34,564 nucleotides of DNA from contig LWCA01000281.1 of assembly GCA_001642005.1 (NCBI GenBank), forward strand, positions 1 to 34,564, given 5' to 3'. Positions 12,346-24,337 of this stretch are shown here, piece by piece. Position 1 is the stretch's first letter; each line of letters opens with the position of its first letter. This DNA comes from Intoshia linei. Its lineage: Eukaryota; Animalia; Orthonectida. Under the pieces are notes generated by a model. The model searched no databases. It was not told where the DNA came from and worked only from the letters and a program-made list of their open reading frames with translations. The position numbers were made by a program, and so were the translations under genes.

Positions 12346-15300
12346 CTAAAATTGGGTAAGTTGACCTTTACGGCGATTATTATTGTTGTTGTTTGATTTA
12401 GCTTTAAGTCGATCTTTAGCAATAAAATTGAGCAATTGATCCACTGTTCCATCAGTAATTTTATCTTTATCGATAAGATTAATTTTTTGTTTTTTTTGTT
12501 TTTCCACTTCCAATTTTTTCTTCCTTTCCTCGGCCTGTAAAAGTCGTTTTTCAGCTTCTTTCATTTCTTGCCTGGTTTTTACAAAATTATTTATAAATCG
12601 ATCAATAATGTTGAAAAATACGGAAGGTGGACAAATTGAAGGGTTTTCGCCAAAATATTCGACAGTTTCCTTGTATTGGGATTTAGCTTGTTTAAAGCCG
12701 TCTGAAAATACTTCATAATCCTGTCTAATTTTGGTTAAAAATGTTACCAAGTTTCCTGGTTTACTTTCCGATCGATTTTTAAGTTCTCGGTCTGCAAGTT
12801 TAACAATTTTGTCGAGTTCATTTAAGTTTGTGTTTATTGTATCAAAATTTACATGTGCTCCTTTGCTCATAAATGGCATTAAATCATCTGAAAATCCATC
12901 AAGATCATTAAACTTGTTATTGATTTGAAGTACCAGATATTGGAGAATTGTAAATTTTTGGTCCTTTTGTGATTTTACAGACATTATGTTATCCAAACTT
13001 TGCAATTTAAAACCCTTGGCTGCACCACGTTTTGAAATGTTCATGTAATTTCCAATCGTTAAAAACATTTCCATTACTTTGAAAAATTTTTTACAGTTTT
13101 TCACAGACGTTGATGCGAGAACAAGAGTATTTATAGTTTTTTCAATTTCTTCTTTAGTTTCGTTATATGTACACATGGATTCCATTATTTTTAATTTTGT
13201 TTCAATACGATTAATATCCACCAATTTAATTAGAAATTGATCGTCGGGGCTCAATACAGATATGGGTTTGTTGTCTGATTTATACTGTTTGTAAATTTTA
13301 ATTTCAGCTGCGTCTGGTACGACGCGGAGTAAAACTTCAATTTTGCTGACAGATAAAGTTTCGCAATCAAAATCATTGATGGATTTGTCTAATTTATTCA
13401 ACAAGTCATTGGGTATACGGCGGCGGGATACAGCAATCGTTTTGACGCGGTTTTGGGATATAAGGCAAACAAATTTACTCTTCTTTGAGGCTTCCTTGCT
13501 GCTATCGTCTTTCTTTTCATTTTTAGATTTAAGCGGCACAGCAGCTTTAGTAGCAAACTTTTCAACCAAGCATTTGAGATCCAATTTTTTTAAAATGCTC
13601 TCCTCGTCAACATCAGCAAAGAAGGTTCCGTTGATATCATTATGTTTTAAAGGTGCCCAGTGAACCCCAATGAGTTTCTCGTCGCCAACAATATATTTTT
13701 GATAAATTGATGGTTTAGGAATCGATGCTTTACTCATCAATGGTTTAGCTATTCCGGGCGGCCCTCTAACACCAGGGGGTACTCCAATACCCGGTGGGCC
13801 TCCTATCGATGGTGGTCCACCAATACACGGCGGACCTCCTATAGGTGGTGGTGCTCCAATACACGGCGGGCCTCCTATAGGTGGTGGTGCTCCAATACAC
13901 GGCGGGCCTCCTGTAGGTGGTGGTGCTCCAATAGCCGGCGGTCCTCCGATACTTGGTGGTGCTCCAACTGAAGGTGCATTCACATTGGTCTTTTTATCAC
14001 TTAAAATTGTCAATTTAGCTTCTCCTAAAAAAAATGTAAATTAACAATAATTCAGTAATAGGCGCAATTTACCAAGCATAAATATAAAAATGTCCCGTTA
14101 TAAAAAATTAAAAAACTAACGCTTCAAAAGTTCAACTTGATTGGCTTTATCCTTCAATTGACAAGAAATGTTTAGTTTTTCTTTTAAAACATCATCAAGA
14201 TCCTTAGAAATTTTCATAATCTTTTCTTTTTCATCGTGCAAAGATTTCTGTGAAGAATATAAAAAAAATTGATTCACAAAATTACATTCAAAGACTCATT
14301 AACATTTGATATAGTTTTATACTTTAGTTCAAAATCAGCTATTAAAATTTTTATAAAATTTAGATACAATGGTAAAATATGGATTTTGAAGCATTCCAAT
14401 CTATTTATTTTTTTAATTTTGGAATTATGAAAAAAATGAGTAAGTTGACATTGATTAAACGTACGGTAAAATACAACTAATTTATAGCAATTTTATAAGT
14501 AATAAATAAAATTTACAAAAGAAACTCCGACAGCATATGCCTACTAATATATTATTAGATAAACTGCGCCTACAAAATAAAAAGTTGGAATAATCTTCAA
14601 ATCCACAATTTAATTATTAATATTATGTTTTTTTAAAATTACCGACTTCTTCAGTGTGTTTATGTAACAAACGTTTATGAGTATCTTCGAGCTAAAATTT
14701 AACGGTTTATACATTTCAAAAGTTAATACAAATGAGAAATCTTCTTCCAATTTATGAATTTCATTTAATAGCAATGGTTTTTGTTCAGCGTCGTCTATTA
14801 CAGTGCTAATGTTTATGAAATTATCGAGAAATTCATCAATTTGAGCATTAAGGTTAGCATTTGAATCGTGGTGGAGGCGGCAAGTCTAGATGTATTTTTA
14901 GTTTTGGATAAAATCAACATTACTTCTAAAATTTCGTAAATGTCTAACGATTCAAATTGTATTTGTAGGTATAATCGTAGGTTTAATAGTTGACATCGAT
15001 TTATTAACTGAGACATAAATTGCACACATGATATCTAAATTTATATAAGAAAATAATTTCAACACTAAATTGTTTACGGGTAATTGGTCGATTTTTTATT
15101 ATTAAATGCATAGCAACGGGGAAAAAATCCATCAACTAAAAATATTTTCTCATTGTCATGACTAGACTGTTATTGTCAATGACAACATCCTTACCATGAT
15201 TACTTTTACGACCAATCGATCACTATTAAAGTTATTAATTACAGTATAATCTAAATTCATAGAACTGTCCCTAGAAAATGAACTTAGGAAGTATTCAAAT

Positions 15301-18300
15301 GAAGCAGTTTCATGTAAAACTTCTTTCATATTATCAAAAGCCATTAAAACACGGCTGTGTCCACCAATTAAAGAACAAATGACATTTAATAAATCAATAA
15401 CGGAAATTCGTACTCTAAATTTGAATTTTGAACATTAAATTAAATTATATACAATTGTATAAATTACAAATTGTATAAACTGAAAAATATTTACTTGAGA
15501 TTAGGATGACATATTGATAATACAACAAAATTGATAATTTTTTGTTCATCGTAAATTAAATTGAAACCACTCTAATTGAATTAAACATAAATTGAATTAT
15601 ACAATAAAAAATTACTCGATTATTACTGATAGCTCGAATGGATCGCATCAATGTATATATAATATCGTAGATGAAATCACCCATATTGACACCATTTTTC
15701 TTCTTTGTAATAATACCAGATTGACGACCATAGGATTTAATGTTTTTCATTAAACTCGATTTGCGTTCTTCGGTAAGTTGAAGAGATAGGGTTGACTGAT
15801 ATTTCAATGATTCCTGTTTTTCGTTTAAAAAAATTCTAATGGATAAATATATTTTGTTAATTAATTTAAAACCCAACTAATTTATTTATAAAATGTTCGT
15901 ATATTGAGGTGATAAATTCAAAACCATTGTTTGGGAAATTTAGAAAATCTTTTACCCATCTAAAAAGATTACATTATACAGTATATGTAAATAGATTAAA
16001 ATTTTGTTGAGTTATAAATTAGTCAACCGGTAAGCTCAACGGTTAAATTCAATTATAAAAATTTCATCTAAATTATAATTCGACTAGGTTGACTGTAATG
16101 TACTACGTACAATGAGCACCTAGCTCTGTCGAGGGCACATTTTTATTATACCAAAAAATTAAATTCACGTTGATAATCTATCTTAAAAATCCTACTATTC
16201 ACTATTATCAATCCTTTAAAAGAGTGGTTCCCAAATTTGTTTTAGGTGGAACCATCATATCACAATTTTAAAATTGTTTTAATAAAATATTTCGGAAAAA
16301 AAATATATGAATACAGTCCTATTAACCGAATTTTTGGAACTCAAAAATTTAGAAATTCGGTTAAACAGGATGTTTAGCGATGTTTTTCTATAGAAACGTC
16401 ATATTTAACGGAATTATTTTAAAAATTAAAATTATTAAATATAGCTATGAAGAGATATATTTCTTTATTGGAGATTGTGAATACTAAATAAATACATGTG
16501 AATGGTTATAATAAATTATAATAGTTATTCAAATAAGTGGGGTAGAGAGAAGCTATTTTTAGATTTTTTTAATATCGCTCATAAATAAATATTAATAAAA
16601 TGTTAATTCTAGTTACTGAAATTTAAAAAATTATTTACATTTAATATTTTTTATTTATAAATTTATCAGATTTTTGAAAATATTGGAATATTTTGGTTTG
16701 CTTTTTTTTATTTAAAGATAATCTTGTGACATTTTGTTTCAAGTTTATAAATATCAATTAGAGCTGATGGAAAGATCCTTGAGGTCATGACTTGTATTTT
16801 TTTAATTAAACTTAGATATTCTGATAACTCTGGATATGTTATATTTTCACATACTATATTATCTATCTTGGTCTCTTCTTTGATTTCCTCTACTGTTAAC
16901 TCTTCTAATTCTTTACAATTATAATTATTTTGCTCTCCAATTTTTAATTCAGATAATTCCAAAACATCATAATTGTAAGATTTTAATTGGACTAATTGTT
17001 CCTTCAAAACAGTTTCTTCAATAGTAATATCGTCAGATAGATCATTTGAACAGTTTATAGGAAAAAGTTTGGTATTCCTAAAACAATTCGTTATTGTTGT
17101 GACACTAACTCTATTCCAAGCTTCCACTGAATAAAAAATGTCATCTAGTATTGATATACCTCGTATAATTTATTATAAAATAAGAAAACATATTTTAAGA
17201 GTAAAATTTTAGTTAATGGAATTTTTGGTATGTCAAAATTTTGAAATTCCATTAAATAGAACTTAGACTGTACTAAAATGCTTTTTTGACCGTGAAATCG
17301 TCACTTATTCGAATCGAAATTTTTTGTGTGTGTTAACAGGATACAACTGTACCACCTGTAAATTTTTTGAAATTCTAGAGCTGTTTTCATTAAAAAAAGA
17401 AGGGTAATTTGGGGTTTTGGCCATGAAGATATAATTTTTTTAAATTTAAATTTATGATAATGTTTGTAATTTTTAAAATCAGTATCAGCGTATATATATT
17501 TTTTCAAATTTTCCAACTTGTTTGATTTTCAAAAAAAGACATTTGGGGTTTTTGACCCGTAAAATGTGAGTTTGGGAAATTGAAATTATGTTTGCGAACA
17601 CCCCAAAAAAAACTGTAATTGAAATGTAGACTTTATAAAATTCTACGACGGGTAGTTATTTAAATAAAGCTGAACACACAGATACACACAAACAAAATTC
17701 GCGTAGCATATTATATACATAAGTTAGGATAAAATTCAATCGGTCAACAGTTAAATCGAATTATAAAAATTTCATATAAATTATAATTCGATTTAAAAAT
17801 TTTTTCAAATCAATGTATATGAAATAAGGTTGGCAAATTACAGAATAAATTTTTTAAATTATCAAAACTAATTTAATCTCTATGATTTATTTAAATATTA
17901 TTTATCCCATCTGGTGCGGGTCTACTGCTGTTCTCCGTGGTTTTATTTGTAGTATGAAAATATAGAAGTGCTAACAATTATCAAATGTTATTACTCGAAT
18001 AGTGTGAAAAGATCAAAAATTATTTTTTAATATCATTAAAAAAGGTTATTCATAGTGACATCTCAATCTAAAAAATTAGACCATTTTGAATTACATTTTG
18101 CAATTAAATAATCCTTTACTTGCGTAAAATATAAAATTGAATGTCTGTCTGCTACGGTTTATTTAAAAAATTAACAGTCTTAGTATATAAAAAAACAAAT
18201 TTCTAATAGTCTTTCGAGAGTGATATTTTAGTGCAAGTTTGATTTTTAGAAAGTGAGTCCTCCAGGGTAAAATCTTAAATTCCACTTTTTTTTTTGATAA

Positions 18301-21300
18301 TAAAATCAGACCTAGAATTATTAAAAACATAGATTCTTTTTACGCGGTTTAAAATTATTAACCCTGCCGTAAATATCAGCCTCATAAACTTACAAGTTTT
18401 AAAATCACAAACATTATCATAAATCGCAACTACAAATAAGTGAATTTTCACGATAAAAACCAAAATTTTACTTTTTTTGAAAAATAAAGTTCTAGAATTT
18501 TAATAAAAAATATTATATCTAAGTTATATCGAACAAACACAAACAATTTCAATCTGCAAAATGATGCTTTCATAGTCAAGGCACTTCTTTTTTATTTCGA
18601 AACTATTTTATTAAAAAAAAAAACTTGAAATAATTAACGGTCCTAAAATTAAAAAAATAAATTATTATGATACAGCTAATTTCAGTTGATCTAGATACAA
18701 AATTTCAACGTCATAAATCTAAGCATTCCCGGTGAAAAATCATTTTAAATATATTATCAACCAATATTTTTGAATTAAAATTAAAACTTTATTTTGAATA
18801 TCAGCTAAGGCTTAGCCCAAAGGTGTGGAAAGTGCGGCCTTATTGACGATTTGAATTATTTTTTGGTAAAATCGAATTTTCAGAAAAATATTGGTAGCGG
18901 TTTTTTTCCTTAAGGGTTGGTAGAATTAACTTTTTCTTTTGGTATCAGATAGAGGGATATTTGATCTAAAATTTTGGTAAAATAAGATTTTTCAAAATAG
19001 TATTAGTAAAATTTTAATTTTATCTCATAAGACTTAACTAATTAGACTTAATAAGCAAGGAGCTGCCTTATTAAAATTTTTCAGACGTTAGTGTAGCCTT
19101 TGAACTTTAAATGCTTCCTCACCTCTGTCTTATCCTATACTAATTAAGTTTTAGGTTGGTTGTAACTCCTTTGATGGGTTTACCATATTTCGTGGACTAT
19201 TTTTATTTTTTAAATTATCTACTGATTTATTTTAATTTTTATGAAATTTATTTTGAGTTTATAACTTTATGATAAAGTTTATCTATAATTTTTAAGGTTA
19301 ATTATGCGAAATTAAAACATTGCTAAAAACAAAAATAAATGAGCTAGAATTGTATTTAAAAAATAAAAATTTTTTATTCATATACATTATATATTATATA
19401 CTATTTAATATAGAAGCATTAAAAATTTTAGAGATCTTAATTAATTTTTGAAACAAAAAGAAATTTAATTAATGAAATAACACGAATCTAGATTGACATT
19501 TATAAATTTAATTAGAAAAAATTTATTTATTTTAGATTGTTGAAAAAGTGTTTCAAAACACACATAATATTGATAGATTCGTTTTTGAAACGTGTTCTAC
19601 GTTTTGTAATGAAATTAGAAGCAGTATAGAAATTCTTTCATTTTGTGTTGACGTAGGTTGAACGATCATAAGGGCTTCCTTTAATTTTAACAATCTTGAT
19701 TATAGCGTTCCAGTTCGTAATAACTCATAATATTTTTCAAAATGTTATTGGAAAAAGAGTATAATTCCCTCAAGCGTTAGTAATCGGTGGTTGAAATAAG
19801 AGGTTTTTAAAAAAAGTATTGGAAGAAAGAAAGAATGAAAGTAAAATAAAGGATATTTTTCCATTAAGGGCTGGAAAATTAGATTTTTTATTTATGCTTT
19901 GATGAATTGGATTTTTTAAAAGAATATCGGTGTATTTCAATTTTTCCATGAAAGCTTGAAATGGTATTTTTGGTTAAATTTTATTAGTAGTGGAATTTTT
20001 GAAATGGTAAATTTTAAATATTATAATATAATCATATTTTTATAGTAATAAAAAACATCAATCAAATACAGGTATGTCTTAATTTTTTTCGGGAAATCCC
20101 GGGATCTTATTAAATGTCCCGGGAATTTTGTCCCGGTTTTTTTCCCGGCACAATCACTATATACTATAATGTATATTAATATTTATCGCCAGTTAAATAG
20201 TTTTTAAAGTGAAAGTAAATATTTCATGAAAAATTTCACTTGCGCTTAATTTTTACTGTATTTATTTTTATCCGCATGGGTAAAAAAGTTGAAGAAACTC
20301 ATATTAAAAATTCATGATAATTTTTATCATTTCTCAATGTGGAACTATAACTAATATTATAATACAGTGGTTTTCAACCTTTTTGTATTCGCGACCCAAA
20401 AATTTTCTATATACTCCAAACATCTTATCAATTCACATAAATGAAAATATTAAAAGAGCATATTCAGTTTTTATATTTTATACTGTGTTCTAATTCTCAC
20501 GAACCCCCTGATAAATTTCGCGATTCCCCGGTTGAAAACCACTGTTATAATAGGACTAATAATTATGAGTCCATTCAATTATATATTAAACGCGGTAAAA
20601 ACTGGGACCCATGCCAGGAATGTTTAAACTTCTTCCAATCAATATTAAAAAACATTTTAAACATAAACCAATCATTTTTAATTATCAACCCAATTCGACC
20701 TTGATATATTAAACTGTACATTATTTATATCAATTAACAGGAATAGTTTGTGTATATTTTGAGTACAACATTCGAACAATGGCACAATGTCAATAAATTA
20801 GGAATTGAGATTTTAAGTAAATATAATTAACCAAGTTCAATGCAACATAACTGATTTTCACGGAAAAGTAATGTTATAACGTCTAATGTCCTACTCAAAA
20901 TGATGTCTGTTTTATTAAGGATTTTAAGCCGCACGTGGTTCATGATTCATACATTTCAAATAGACCACTTTTTTTGGTGAAAAAGTAAAAAATATTTATT
21001 TTAAATCATAAATCGCGGTTTCCCTTCCATTTTCACCATAACAACCATTTACGTGTTATAGATTGATAAATTTTAAAATTAACTAAAAAGCTACCCAATA
21101 GTATTGGTTCGTAGATTCATATAGGTTTGGTGAACATAAGTGTTGAAGTGTTTCTTTTTATTTGAAGATGCAGGATTTCTTTCATATTCAGAAAAGCTAA
21201 ATTTTAATTTTCCAATCAACTCAAGAGGGTCAGTTTCTTTTTGTTTAATAATTTGCTAATAAAAGTAAGAATAAAAAATAACCTATCAAAAACTAACCAT

Positions 21301-21806
21301 ATTTTCAAAAACACCCTTATCTTTAATCGCTGCCAGAGTGTCGGCTGACACATTAGTGTTTGCCTAAAAATTGTAGATTGAAAAAATTGAAACAAAAACA
21401 ATAACTGCTCAAACACAAATCTAGATAATAGGAAAAAAAAATGATTAAACTATTCAATGAACCTAGTGACCTTAATTACGAATAATATTAAAAAAATTAC
21501 TGAAATTAACTTTAAGGTGTCTAAATCACAATTCTCAACATTATCGTTTGTATCTTTGATTTGAAGTGAATTTATGCACGTAGAACTATTTGAAATATTC
21601 ATACTTGGTTCAGGTAAGGATAAGTGTTTTTTCATGAATGACATGGACGATACATTAATCTGATTTGGATCAGAATTGGAGCATTTTTTAGTTTCTTCAT
21701 GACTAATTTCAGAAACATTGTCAGTAGATTGAGAATTTGTTGTGCTTTTTTCCACTTCCTGTTGGTTTAGTTTTTCGTAAAAACGTTGCATATTTCTTCT
21801 AGACAT
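12346..21806 (-). CDS. FMNL: Diaphanous-related formin, FMNL/FRL subfamily (GBD/FH3-FH1-FH2-DAD), ~13 exons, ~1078 aa
   Basis: Exons 21806-21501, 21363-21298, 21255-21095, 15959-15878, 15813-15616, 15571-15495, 15414-15243, 15034-14924, 14885-14730, 14691-14643, 14338-14286, 14247-14121, 14024-12346. FMNL-like motifs: LRTNTIGWVKDFLN, GGHSRVLMAFDNMKEV, CVQFMSQLI, AQIDEFLDN; FH2 GNYMN..KRGAAKGFKLQSLD and YFGENP; DAD-like DGTVDQLL plus basic tail. The first two exons and the 15878/15813 junction are less certain. Confidence 0.9.
13750..13965 (-). repeat. Coding tandem repeat forming the FH1 region: 12 x 18-bp unit with 36-bp higher-order repeat
   Basis: GAPPSI GGPPAI GAPPPT GGPPCI GAPPPI GGPPCI GAPPPI GGPPCI GGPPSI GGPPGI GVPPGV RGPPGI; near-identical 36-bp DNA units at ~13822-13930. 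Confidence 0.9.
16084..17729 (-). mobile_element. Helitron family A copy, internally deleted and interrupted by a pogo/Tigger element (formin intron 3)
   Basis: On - it starts A^TCCTAACTTATG (17729) and matches 523-944 down to 17271. It resumes at 16313 with TATTCATATATTTTT (as at 943) and ends CAACCTAG^T at 16084. Confidence 0.8.
16314..17270 (-). mobile_element. Internally deleted pogo/Tigger transposon with transposase C-terminal remnant (ORF 16708-17127)
   Basis: TA TSD at 16312-16313 and 17271-17272; ends CAGTC...GACTG. The peptide ISILD.IFYSVEAWNRVSVTTITNCF is typical of Tigger/TIGD DDE_1 C-termini. Confidence 0.8.
18135..18775 (+). mobile_element. Degraded Helitron family A fragment
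   Basis: Shares the subrepeats and the TGAAATAATTAACGGT...CAGTTGA...GCATTCCCGGTGAAAAAT block with 560-1135. Confidence 0.65.
19527..20159 (-). mobile_element. hAT transposon relic: transposase C-terminal dimerisation region plus one end with CCCGGGA subterminal repeats
   Basis: The minus strand reads RTGTL*SRLLKLKEALMIVQPTSTQNER(fs)FYTASNFITKRRTRFKNESINIMCVLKHFF, matching the hAT P-T-S-x-x-x-E-R-x-F-S motif. A terminus TAGTGATTGTGCCGGG lies at 20159 with several CCCGG(GA) words at 20089-20150. The other end was not found. Confidence 0.7.
20365..20544. mobile_element. hAT (Buster/Charlie-type) MITE, 180 bp
   Basis: Perfect TIR CAGTGGTTTTCAACC / GGTTGAAAACCACTG and perfect 8-bp TSD TTATAATA. 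Confidence 0.9.
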
Positions 21807-22438
21807 TTAAATTAATTTTATTTTGATATATTAATCTACTAAATATTCATAATTGTATAGCTTATTAATTTTGAAAAAATGAAAATCATCAATTACAAGT
21901 TTAAACTATAGCCTTTATTACTACAAATATATCTGTCCAAATATTTATTTATCGTTCTCAGCGCATTTATCCAATAACTACACACATCGACCATACATAT
22001 TTTTTAATTTTCAATGTTAATTTACGTTCTACAGATTCTAAACAGTTTAAAGTGACACACTTTTAGTTTACTTGATTTAATCAAGAAAATGATTACATTT
22101 TTACGGCTTGTTGATAATTAATTATTTTATTGGTTTTTTCATTTATAGCTTTTTTAATTAAATCATCGTTTTATTAACAATTGTTCAACAATCAATATTA
22201 ATAGTAAATTATACAATATCTTAATATCAAGTTTAGTCAGTTTTTTTCAGTTTTAGAAAAATGCAGCTGTTTTGTGTATTTTACTATTTTATATTTTAAA
22301 ATTAAAATGTTTATCTTGGAAACGAAATTTATTTTAATCGAGTGATGTAGTGATTATATATGATGTAACTTACATGTTATAATTTTGTGCCTTAAATTTA
22401 GGATTGTAATGATAATTATCAATCTTTTCAAATCCCTT

Positions 22439-22596
22439 TGTAATAATAAAGCTCCGGTATCTAGGGACACCGTTCACTTAATTATCAACCGATTGAAGTT
22501 TGTGGTACAAATGTGGATATAAATGTACTACGTGTAATATTAAATGTTTATTGAAATATTGTGTTTAATCAGACCGATAGCTTCGAATCATTACAC
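22439..22596. repeat. Dispersed ~160-bp repeat, copy 2
   Basis: Inverted match to 9310-9467. Confidence 0.8.
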
Positions 22597-22677
22597 CCTT
22601 AGACTTTAAGGGGGTAGATTAGGTTGACATAATTGTTATAAAAAAAGGTCAATAATTTTTATTTAATTGAAAAAAAT

Positions 22678-22832
22678 GAAAATGGACAGAAAAAATACGT
22701 ACTATCAATTTTAGTTTATTTGATGATAAATGTAAAGCCAAAACTACTTATAATGACGAATAAAATTTTTCGGCTTAAAATTTATTCCAAATAAACTAAA
22801 AGTGATAGTACGTATTTTTCTGGTAACTTTAA
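22678..22832. mobile_element. Second copy of the Kolobok-like MITE
   Basis: Inverted near-identical match to 2290-2437; TIR CAGAAAAAATACGTACTATCA...TGATAGTACGTATTTTTCTG. Confidence 0.7.
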
Positions 22833-22889
22833 TAAAGTACATTCGTAAAAGTTAATTTCAATAATTTTTGCTGTCATAGTTAAAATGTT

Positions 22890-23060
22890 TTATTTTTTAT
22901 ATTTTTGAATTAAAATTAAAAATTTAAATTTAAATTTAAATATTCGTCCTACAATTTCAAAAAAAAATTGTCGTTGATCGTATACATATTTGAAATACAG
23001 AAATATTAGTTTCAATCTCATCAATTGAATCCTTCTGTTTTTTTATCATTTCTACGCAAT
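22890..23060 (+). repeat. Fragment of the Helitron A / foldback middle segment
   Basis: AATATT..TCCTACAATTTCAAAAAAAA...CTACGCAAT, similar to ~1140-1300. Confidence 0.55.
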
Positions 23061-23194
23061 ATATTATTGTCAAAAATGTCAATTTAGAATCAATTTAAGT
23101 ATATCTTGGTTATTATAATTTTAAGATAAAAACATTATATTGATTTTTTTCAATGTTGGTAATATATTCGATGCAAACGGTATACAGTGTATAC

Positions 23195-23554
23195 CAGGGG
23201 TTCTCAAACTTATTTTGCCTACCGCCCCCTTTTTAGCAATATATTTTCTCAACGCCTTCTAAAAAATTTTTCGACTACTTTGTATATACATATTTAAAAA
23301 TTTACTCATTATTCAATATTTAATAATTAAAAAATTGTGTTAATTATTAAAAAAATATATTAATTACTGTCACTTTTTATATCAGTGGATCCCAAACTTG
23401 CTATAAATATATCCCCTTACAACCAAAAAATTCATCAACGCTCCACTCTATCCATCTAAAATCGTTTTTTGTGTATACAGTGTTTTTATAATCGCACATC
23501 TAACTGAATTAATCGCCCCCTGGGGGGCGATATCGCCTAGTTTGGGAACCCCTG
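23195..23554. mobile_element. hAT (Buster/Charlie-type) MITE, 360 bp
   Basis: TIR CAGGGGTTCTCAAACT / AGTTTGGGAACCCCTG; TSD GTGTATAC / ATGTATAC; subterminal palindrome ATCGCCCCCTGGGGGGCGAT. Confidence 0.85.
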
Positions 23555-24337
23555 ATGTATACCATTGGAACATTGGTTAATCTTTATTATTGTAGACTAT
23601 ATTTTTTTTAAAATTCTTATCTTCATTATCTTGTTCAGTTTGGATATTAGCGATTTGAATCATTTTGTTTACTAATATTTTTACTAATAATTTAAAATAC
23701 TAAAATCTGAAATAATTCTATTTTTTATGATCCTATGAATGTATTGTTTATAATGAAATCATATTTAATAAAAATTGCTTAGTAAGTATAAAGAAAACAA
23801 ATAGTGAAATTTAAAATATCTAAATTTTTCCGTGTAGAATCTACACTGTAGATTATGATGGATATTTTTTTGATTAAAGGAAACGGCATTAAATGTATTC
23901 CGTTTAAAAAAATAATGATAATTGAAATATTAAAAATACTCTATATTAAATCTATACTTTTTAAATTAAATATATTTTTTATATCATTGCGCCACTTTTT
24001 TGTATATCACAGGTAATATCATGGAAATTTTTTAAAATAAATTTACATATCATATTGTTTGGGCGGAATTTAATTAACAGCTAATTTTTTATCATTACAA
24101 TGATAACAAATCAAAATTAATGACGAAAATTGGTGGCAACGTTGATAATCGCAGCGATATGATATTTTAGGTAACTTTTACAATTAAAGTTTAAAGATCA
24201 TATATAAAATATCGCAAAACATTGAATCATAATATGAGTTTTTATTCTCTTATTTCATTCATTTTCTGGAGCAACATTTATTTGAGCGTTGTATTGTTGG
24301 AGCGATTGCTCTAAGAGCAACATAATCATCGATTTTA

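Noticed and set aside
12731-13663. Plus-strand ORFs 12731-12928 and 13343-13663
   Set aside because: Antisense shadows of the formin FH2 exon.
18790-19200. G-rich block considered as mitochondrial rRNA insertion or Penelope hammerhead
   Set aside because: No recognisable rRNA signature or CTGANGA...GAAA core; left unassigned.
20441-20704. 87-aa ORF
   Set aside because: Starts within a MITE and runs into intron sequence.
21216-21416. Alternative formin frame QTLMCQPTLW...KIWLVFD
   Set aside because: It superficially aligns to the FMNL KKW motif but cannot be spliced in frame to LRTNTIG.
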